A stretch of 64,000 nucleotides of DNA from Microbotryum violaceum (lineage: Eukaryota), in the NCBI GenBank assembly GCA_001244265.2, contig CDLV01000004.1, positions 1,426,001-1,490,000 of the forward strand. Reading direction: 5' to 3'. The notes below the pieces were generated by a model that worked only from the letters and a program-made list of their open reading frames with translations, did no database searches and had not been told where the DNA came from. A program made the translations under genes and the position numbers. Numbering within the stretch: the first letter of the stretch is position 1; each line of letters starts with the position of its first letter. This document shows, one piece after another, positions 38,656 to 64,000 of the stretch.

Positions 38656-39745
38656 ATGGCCTCCGAAGAACGACAACGCTGGCTCCCTCTCGAATCCAAC
38701 CCCGAGTCGTTCAATACGTGGTCCCACTCGCTCGGACTGGACACGAGCCAGTACTCGTTCCAGGACTGCTACGGACTCGACGCCGAGGTGCTGGGCTGGG
38801 TCAAGCAACCGGTCAAGGTGGAGTGGACACCACATTCAATCACCAGCACAGATTCGGAACTGACAACGGGCCGCTTTGATCCGCAGGCCGTGATCCTCTT
38901 GTTCCCCATCACCGAAGCCTATGAAAAGGTCCGACGCGAGGAAGATGCTCGCATCGAGGAGGACGGCGCAGAGCAGGTCGCCGACATCATCTACTTCAAG
39001 CAGACGATCGCGAACGCCTGTGGGACATTCGGCTTGCTGCACGCCTTGGCGAACGCGGGCGTGCCACTTGGTTCGTTCTTGCTTGCACTCGACGTCCAGA
39101 TCTCGCCCCCACATAGCTGACATCGACGAGGCTGGCGTTGACATCTCCGACAGAACCAGGGTATTTGACAAAGCTGTTTGAGCAATGCAAAGACAAGGTT
39201 AGTAGTGCTTGGCGTGTTTTTTCCGAGGTGAGGTGAAAACTGATTCATTTTTTTTCTCTCCCCATCCCGAAATCTCAAGACCCCACTTGAACGAGCCCAG
39301 CTCTTGACCGCGACCGACGAGCTCGAGCGGGTGCACACCCAAACTGCTTCGAGCGGTCAAACCGCTGCAAGTCCTTCCAGCAATTCGATCCTGGTTCAGA
39401 GCGTCGTCTTACTTTTCCTCCCACAATGAAATCTTCCACCACAGACCCCCGACCTCGACACTCGAGTCAATCTGCATTTCTGCACCTTTGTCAAACACAA
39501 GGGCAACCTCATCGAACTCGATGGACGAAGGAATTCACCCATAAACCTAGGCAAGATCTCCAAAGATCTGCTACAGGTAATTTTTAAGCTTGTTTGGATC
39601 GTAAGCATATGAGCGCTCTGCTGAATATCATTGGTCTGCTATGCTGTGGTGACAGGACACCGCCGTGAGGGTGAAGAAGATCATCGAACTGTCAAACTCG
39701 CTCGAGTTCAACCTCATCACCCTCAACCCAACACCGAAGGACTAA
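38656..39745 (+). CDS. YUH1: Ubiquitin C-terminal hydrolase (peptidase C12, YUH1/UCHL3-like), 232 aa; exons 38656-38817, 38887-39070, 39154-39197, 39280-39366, 39445-39576, 39656-39745
   Basis: Motifs WLPLESNP, AVILLFP, KQTIANACGT, LHF and ELDGRR. The six exons splice into one open frame with four GT-AG introns and one GC-AG intron. Confidence 0.93.
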
Positions 39746-40668
39746 GGTCACATTATTTACCCTGTGAACCGTTTCCGAACGACTTGTAAAGTCTGCCTAG
39801 CTGCTGGACCTGGTTCTCAGCTCACGTGTAATTTCAATGCCATGCGTTTCGGATTCCTGAGATCGAGCTGTATGCGACCGGGGCAGCTATGACTCCGTCG
39901 ATCGCTCGAGATGTAACTGACAGCTAGTTAAAGCCAGAGTCGGTCGATCCTTATCCTTCTATCGCTTTTCCGATCACCATCGCCACAACCTTGTTTCGAT
40001 CTCCAACGCCGATCTCGTGCGAATCGGATCTCCTATTTGGTTCGGCGAATCGATCAGACGACCACGGTGCGGGATCCCGGTGGTTGAGCCAGGGGCGGGC
40101 GAGGCCCAAGATGTTGGTAACGAGACCAAGGCCGGTGGTTCTGAATAATTCGATTTATATACCACCAAATGGTTCTTTTCTCTTTCTCCCTCTTCCACGC
40201 CAACCCTGGTCCCTCTCAAACGCTCAGTCCCACCCATTTCCGCAAGCCCCACAACATGAGTCAATTTCAAAACCCCGTTCGCCCTCGCCCTCATCACTTC
40301 GACAATTAAAGCCGCTGTCGTCCCCGGACCGGTGGAACGCAAAGCCAACAACAACCGGGACTCTGCGTGGTGCGCAGATCTCCCAGCAAGCAAACACCTC
40401 CTCTGCTTCATATCGTTTACTCATCCAAAACCCGCGCTTCTGCGTTTACGTGAGTGATTTGGCTGGTCCACCGGCTTGTGTCAGCGTCGCGTTCCCACTC
40501 ACTGCGGGGCAAGGAAGTGGCATAGTTCGGGACAATGTAAGGCCCGTGCGCCTGGGCCTTATGAGAAGGGAGCGCGCGCCTGGACACTCTTAGTCTCCCC
40601 TCAGCGACTAACACGAGTGTCCAGGTGAGCCTATGGTGGATCAGAAGTCATAGTCATTGTAGCGACTA

Positions 40669-42594
<1,926 letters not shown>

Positions 42595-42781
42595 TGATCG
42601 ACCAGCACGTGACCGCCGGCCGCCTCCGCAAATTGTCATCAGAGTTCGCCTCCCCGGCGTTTGTCATTCCAAAGAAGGGCATGGACAAGGACCCGTCCAT
42701 ACAGCCACGAATGGTCTGCAACTATCGAGTGCTCAATGAAGGAACCGTTCGCGACCGCACACCGTTACCGCTTCCGGATGA

Positions 42782-43000
<219 letters not shown>

Positions 43001-43003
43001 TGA

Positions 43004-48392
<5,389 letters not shown>

Positions 48393-51300
48393 TGACGGCG
48401 ATTTTAGTCCCACTCACGCGGAAGGGGGCACATGTTGACGACGGCTGGACAGGGGAACACAACACGGTGTTCGAGGTGATCAAGGCTCTTGTGGGGAGCC
48501 TCCCATCTCTACATCCCATTGACCACTCAGAGCAGGGTGACCCTCTCTGGCTGATGACGGACACGAGTAATTGGGGGATCGGGGCAGCGCTAAGTCAAGG
48601 AAAGGAGTGGCAGACGGCCATGCCGGCGGGCTATTGGTCACGGCAGTACAACCCGGCGGAAGGCAACTACGCAGCACACGAAATGGAACTGCTCGCAATC
48701 GTGGAAGCGCTTCATCACTGGCGTGCCAACCTCTTGGGGGTTCGGTTCAAAATTCTCACGGGCCACCACTCACTGGCGGGCTTCATGAAGCAGCCAAGTG
48801 TAAGGTGCGCACCTTACTACAGGCCACAGGTATTAGAAATAGAGATCACGTGCACCTAGCTTCTTCAGTTCCCTCCCCATCGGGCTGACACCAGAAGCTA
48901 GGTGAGTACTGGTGTTCCATATCTCAGCACTCTTGTATATCGGGCTGACACCAGAAGCTAGTTGCAATCCATATAACTTGCACCTGTCAGCTAGGTTGCC
49001 AGTGAGGCTCGAGAGCGATCTCGTGCCTTTCACTTTTTTTTTGACAACATCGAGTTCATTGGTACCCCGACGATACGGCCTATGTTCATCAGGCCCGGCC
49101 GTAGTCGAACCATCGAACCCATCGACTAGCCCAGATCGGTCGAGGCAAGCTGATCCCACAACCATAGCATGCAGACTCCCAGCCCCAGCACAGCCCAGCC
49201 CAGCACTGCCCAGCACGCCCAGCAACCCCAGCACGCCCACACACGCACCGCCTTTGCACGCCTCACCAGCCAACATCGCACCGTCCCCGCGCACCATGCC
49301 CACGCCCACCAGCCACAGCCCCACGTATAAACCCAATGACCCTCCCCAACTCCATAGCACCTCAATGGAGGCCTTGCGCGAATACTTCATGCGCCTGGAC
49401 TTCTACAACCGTCGCATCGCCCGTACACCCATCACGAGCGACTACAATAAGATCAAGGGGGCCGGTATGGGGTTGCAGGTCTTTGTGCTCAAGACCTGGT
49501 TCACTCAGGGCCTGAGCAAGCACCTTGCAAAGCCATACGCTCAGTCCAAGTCAGAACTGATTCGCCGGGCTGTACCAGCGGACTTCGTCTGGACCCAGCT
49601 CGCCAAACTCCACCATCTACGCCAAGCCCCCAGCCACAACAGTGACGCCTTTCAGGAATTCTCCGATCAGATGCGCTCACTGCAAATGGAGATTGGCTTC
49701 CAGGCGTCTCCGACCAAGAAGTGGCCAAGCTGGTTCTCCTGGGCACCAATCCGGAACTCTGCCGGATCCTCCGCACCCACATGGTCTCGTCGCTGGCTGG
49801 CTGGTCGGACCTCTTGCTCGAGAAGCTTGCCCTCGACGCTCTGGTGGTCCCTACCAGTCCGGAGGCCGCTGAGGTTTTTAGTGACGCACACACGGACCAA
49901 CCTCTCAAGTTTGATTACCAAGTCTTTGAGAGGATTGGTCGCGAGGAATGGAGCGTCATTGCGCAGCGACGCCAAGCCATTGCGACCCAGGTCAGTGCGC
50001 TACAACAGCGCCCCACGTACTCGCGACCCGCTGCAGCCTCGGCTGCACCCCACATTGCGACAGCTGCTACCGGCCATTCCCCAATCACGGGTGGCCCCCG
50101 CCCCGTTGCCCGACTCACCGTTGACGAGCGCGCATACCTGGACCAGAGCCACGGATGCTATTGCTGCCGCACTCTCAACGCTGACCACATCTTGCGCAAC
50201 TGCCCCCGCTACTTGTCACCCATGGGAGCGTCCGCCACACCGTTGATGCCAACGTCGACCGCTCCTGCGCCTCGCCCCGGGCCCCATATGGTGGCGGCCA
50301 TTCGGACCTTCCAAGAAACTGGCGATTCAACCGTGTTCGCCGGCCTCAGCAGCGACTCGGAGGACGACAACAATCCTTCGTACGCACCGCATCCCTTTCC
50401 CCCTTACCGTCTCCCTAGCTGGCGCTCATGGTACTCTCCTTGCCTCCACCCTAGTCGATTCGGGATTGCCTCAAACATTTCTCAGTGAGGAGCTTGTTCA
50501 GCGACTGGGTTTGGAACGGCGCGCCCTGGAACAGCATTTGAAGTACACCCTTGCAATGCAAAACCAAGCCCCCACTGTCTTCACCTGCACGCACTTTGTT
50601 CGAGTCCTGCTTGAGCTGGCCAATGGGCTCTGGGCCGCAGGACCAACGTACGCCGAGGTAGCGCCCCTTGGGAAGGACCTTGCAATCATCTTGGGAGGCA
50701 ACTTCATCTATCGGCACAAGATGGAGCTCGGCCTCTTCCCTCAGCCACACCTCACCTGCAAAGCCAACCCCATACACGCTATAGACCTGCTGGCGCTGTC
50801 GTCCCAGCCGTGCGCTGCCGCGCGGGTTGCCGCAATTGCTCCGGTTTCTGACGACGAGAAGCAGCTCCCCCTTGCCGCGCTTGACCATCGCCTCCGAGCG
50901 GACTTTGCCAACCGTTTTCCTGCGGATATCCCGCCTGTACACTCGTACCAATCCCCGGTGCAACACTGTATTGAGCTTGACACTCTGTCCACTGTTGTCA
51001 ACCTTCGAGGATACCCCCTCCCAAAGAAGTATTGCAAGGCATGGTACTTACTACTACAGGAACATTTCGCGGCCGGTGGCTTCCGCCCCTCTCGGTCGGC
51101 ATACTCGTCACCCTCGTTCATCATCCCAAAGAAGGGCTGCAACGTGGATCCCACGATCGCCCGCGCTGGGTGAACGACTACTGCAAGCTCAACAAGCACA
51201 CCATCAAAGACCGCACGCCTCTGCCCTTGCCGGACAACGTTCTCTCAACGTGCTCCAATGCGCAATTCTGGGCCAAGATTGACATGACCAACTCCTTCTT

Positions 51301-53411
51301 TCAGACCAAGATGGCGGAGGAAGACATCCATAAGACGGCCGTGTCCACACCTTGGGGTTTGTACGAATGGACCGTCATGCCCATGGGCCTCTGCAATGCC
51401 CCTGCCACCCACCAACGACGTGTCAACAAGGCACTCCAAGGCCTGCTTGGCACCATCTGCTTCGTCTACCTCGACGACATCACCATCTTTGCGGACACAC
51501 TGGAGGAGCACGAGGCCCGTGTTCGCCAAGTCCTGGAAGCGCTGCGCCGTGCCGAACTCTACTGCTCGCCAACCAAAACCAACCTTGCCACTGCGGAGTG
51601 TTCGTTCCTTGGCCACATCATCAACCGCGCCGGCGTGCATGCTGATCCCAAGAAGATCCAGCGCATAGAAGACTGGGCACTACCCAAGATGGTCAAGGAA
51701 CTCAGGGGTTTCCTCGGGCTGGTGCAGTATCTTCCGCAAGTTCATCCCTGGCCTCGCTGAGCACACCGCCACACTGACTCCCTTGACACGCCAAGGACTC
51801 TCATCTATTGCCACACTCTGGACACCCAACGAGGTCCGCCACTTCAAAGCCATCAAGGCCATCGTCACCTCACTCGACTGCCTTCGGCCGCCCAACCACT
51901 CCGCCAATGCCGCTCCGTTCTGGGTGATGACTGATGCAAGCAATCAGGGAATTGGTGGTGTCCTCCTCCAGGGTCAGGAGTGGAAGGTGGCGCGCCCCAT
52001 TGCGTACTGGTCCAGGCAATACATACCCGCTGAACGCAACTACCCCACACACGAGCCGGAACTCCTTACCATTGTTGAAGCACTCAAGGAATGGCGCATT
52101 GACTTGCTTGGCGGCCACTTCCACATCCTCACTGTTCACTCCACACTCGAGCACTTCCAGACCCAGCGCACCGTTCTCTGTCGCCGACAAGCCCGTTGGC
52201 TGGACACCCTGGCCGAATTTGATTACAACCTTCGATACCTGCCCGGCGAGGACAACATTGTAGCCAACACCATGAGTCGATACTCTTTCACCGACCCACT
52301 GCCCACCCTAGTGGCCGCTGTCTCCCGCGTCAAGCTTTCGGATGCTGTCAAGCAGCAGATCCTTGACGCGTACAAGACCGACCCATTCTGCCAGCAAGCC
52401 ATGTCTAACATTGGCTCGGTCACATCGGACTTCAAGATTGTTGATGCATTGCTGTATTTACGGGGCCGGCTTATCATTCCATCACTAGCCCCACTCCGTG
52501 AGTCCATCCTTCACGAGGCTCATGATGTGCAGGGGCACCTAGGTGATATGAAAACGTACCGAACCGTTCAGCAGGCATACTTCTGGCGCAACATGTCCCG
52601 GGACGTCAAGCACTACGTCCAACAATGTGATTCTTGTCAGCGGACCAAGGCTCGTACCACTCGCATTGCTGGCAAACTCCACTCGCTCCCTGTCCCGACG
52701 CAACCCATGGCCGACATTGCCATCGATTTTATTGGACCGCTGCCCGCCAACAAAGGCTTTGACCGCGTGTTGATAATCATCGACCGCCTGTCGGGATACG
52801 TCCGTTTGCTCCCTGCCTGCAAAGCTGACACCGCAGCGGAGGTTGCCGCGCGCTTCCATGAAGGATGGCACCGCCTTTTTGGCCTCCCTCAAAGCATTGT
52901 CTCGGACCAGGACAAGCTGTTCACAAGCAAGTTCTGGACTGCCCTGCACAAGTGCCTGAATGTCAAGCTCCAGCTCTCTTCGGCGTTTCACCCGGAGACG
53001 GACAGTCACAGTGAGAAAATGAACAAGACTGCCTTCCAGATTCTTCGAGCGCTTGTCAACAAGGAGCAATCCAACTGGGCGGAGTGCCTTGCTGTCTGTG
53101 AGTATGCCATCAACTCGTCTCTCAATGTCGCTACCGGGAAAACCCCTTTCGAGCTCGTGCTTGGCTACACGCCCTCCCTTGCCCGCTTGCCCGTGTCGAC
53201 GGTGATGACGACTTGCCGTCCGTTGAGGAGTTGCTTGCGCTTCGATTCCAAGCCTGCGAAGATGCCCGGGACCAGCTCGCCATTTCCAAGGTTCGGCAGG
53301 CAGCACAGTCCAACAAGAAGCGTCAGGATGAACCCTCTTGGGCCATTGGGGATCTTGTTCTTCTCGACTCAAGTGGGCGCCGAAAACGGCTCCACACCCG
53401 CAAGCGCCGCG

Positions 53412-56968
<3,557 letters not shown>

Positions 56969-57754
56969 CCGCGCAGCCAAGCTCATGGACCGCTTTGACG
57001 GTCCCTATTGCATTGTCAAGGCCCATCCGGAAATCTCGTCCTACACCCTGCAACTGAACGGGGATGATGCACCGGTACCATTCTTTCACACAGGCAAGCT
57101 CAAGACCTACCGCCAGAACGACACAGCCCTGTTCCCCAACCGTGAACCTGCGAGACTGGGCCCAGTGGATGTAGGTGGCGAGCCGGAGTACATCATTGAA
57201 GACATTGTCGACGAGAGGATCCGTGCTGGCAAGCAGCAATACCTCGTCTCGTGGCTCTTGTGGCCGTCAGACAGCAATTCATGGGAGCCTGCCAAGGCAC
57301 TGGAGGATACGGAGGCATTGGATAGGTGGGAGCGTTGGAACAAGGAGTAGGATTTTTGACCGGAGGAGGGGATTTGTTTCAAGGCGGGGAGAGTGTAAGG
57401 CGCGCGCCTTACTACGGGCCACAGGTATTAGAAATAGAGATCGCGCGCACCTAGCTTCTTCAGTTCCCTCCCCATTGGGCTGACACCAGAAGCTAGTTGC
57501 AATCCATATAACTTGCACCTGTCAGCTAGGTCGCCAGTGAGGCTCGAGAGCGATCTTGTGCCTTTCACGCCGAGCCTTTCGCGTCAACAAGCTTGGTGGA
57601 CCAAATGACTGGCGGACTACGATTTTGAGATTGTGTATGTACGAGGCCCAGAGAATAAAGTGGCTGGTGCATTGAGTTGCTACTCCTTTCCGGAAGATTG
57701 CGCAACTTGCGGTGCAAGTGACAACGTCAACATGCTCGCGGAAGCAACTCTTGA

Positions 57755-58705
<951 letters not shown>

Positions 58706-58768
58706 TGACAGGCCGACCAGAGCAACAAGGTACGGAAATTGGAGCCGGAGTTTGCAGTCGGCAACAGG

Positions 58769-58991
58769 TGTAAGGCCCGTGCGCCTGGGCCTTAGGAAGA
58801 GGGGACGCGCGCCTGGGCACTCTTAGTCTCTCTCCAGCGACTGATACGAGTGTCCAGGTGAGCACAAGGTGGATCAGAAGGCATTGTCATACCAGCGACT
58901 GATACGAGTGTCCAGTGTCAATTCTACATACTTTGGTCCTGTGATCCTTGTCGTCGTCGCTCAGGTGTACACTCCAACGGGGTGTATTACA
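58769..58991 (+). mobile_element. Gypsy-1 solo LTR (223 bp)
   Basis: TSD ACAGG at 58764-58768 and 58992-58996, inside the copy D integrase. Confidence 0.95.
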
Positions 58992-59019
58992 ACAGGGTCT
59001 TGGTTGACTCTCGGATTGA

Positions 59020-59274
<255 letters not shown>

Positions 59275-60178
59275 TAGATAGGATTGTGGATGAGAAGGGG
59301 AAAGGGAAGAGGAAGAGGTATCTAGTGAAGTGGAAAGGGTGGGCGGATAGCGACAACACATGGGAGCCACAAGCACACTTGGAGGAAACAAGAGCGCTGG
59401 AGGAGTGGGAGAGGGAGAGGGCGGAGGGGAGGGGAGGGAGTTTGGTTCAGGTGGTGGAGAGTGTAAGGCCCGTGCGCCTGGGCCTTATGAGAAGGGAGCG
59501 CGCGCCTGGACACTCTTAGTCTCCCCTCAGTGACTAACACAAGTGTCCAGTGTTAATTCCACATACTTTGGTCCTGTGATACTCTCGTCATCGCTCTCTG
59601 GTGTACACTCCTACGGGGTGTATTACAGACAATTATTCCGGACTGGCACACTTATGCCAAGGGCTACTGCACAGGTGAGTCTGGGTTTGCCATCATTCAG
59701 TTTTGCTCCATAGCTAGCAGGATATCTTCGTGTGCTGTCAGCGTGATAGGCTGTTACGAGTCGTCACAGGATGCAGCGTCCGTTGCGCTACCACGAGGTC
59801 CCTCACTGACAACAACCGGATGGAATGTATTGAACCATCCCTGTGCTCCAAACTCCATAGTCAAAGGCATGCGTGGACAACCTAATTTTTGCCCCACGAT
59901 ATCTGCTCGATGATCGATGATGCAACCCGCTGCGGCAATCCACGGGCTATGACAAAAGACATCCTCGACTTCAAGATGCTTTTGGGATCGAGCAAATTTG
60001 CGACCAGGGGTCCTTCCGGCGCCGCTCTCTGTCCTCTCTCCCATGCTCTTTGTGGTTCGGGTAGGATGATATTCTATTGGTGTCTAGACCTTCTCATCGT
60101 GATTGATTCTATAAGGATACTTCCCTTCTTTTGCGCTTCCCCCCTTGGGACTCCGCTGCCACTTCAACGAGACCCGCG

Positions 60179-64000
<3,822 letters not shown>

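Overview
This is eukaryotic DNA, most likely a basidiomycete fungus (Microbotryum-like by inference only). Most of the window is nested transposable elements around a single intact host gene, a 6-exon ubiquitin C-terminal hydrolase (38656-39745). The nests were rebuilt by hand from target-site duplications (TSDs). (1) A collapsed Ty1/copia element at 1001-4739. (2) A CACTA/CMC-type transposase at 9051-27423, split by a copia solo LTR, a chromodomain gypsy, and a second gypsy family that itself carries an inverted gypsy copy. (3) A LINE at about 28291-38500, whose ORF1 is split by a 4.3-kb CAC..GTG TIR element, a MITE and a non-TIR MULE. (4) A 19-kb three-layer gypsy/gypsy/copia nest at 40536-59627. 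(5) A copia running off the right edge. The most unusual signal concerns priming. All three gypsy families have a U5 hairpin followed by T8-T9 in place of a tRNA primer-binding site. All four Gypsy-1-type 5' LTRs differ from their 3' LTRs within the last 8 nt. Together these suggest a non-canonical, possibly poly(A)/oligo(U)-based priming mechanism. Family names (Gypsy-1/2/3, Copia-1/2/3) are my own labels.
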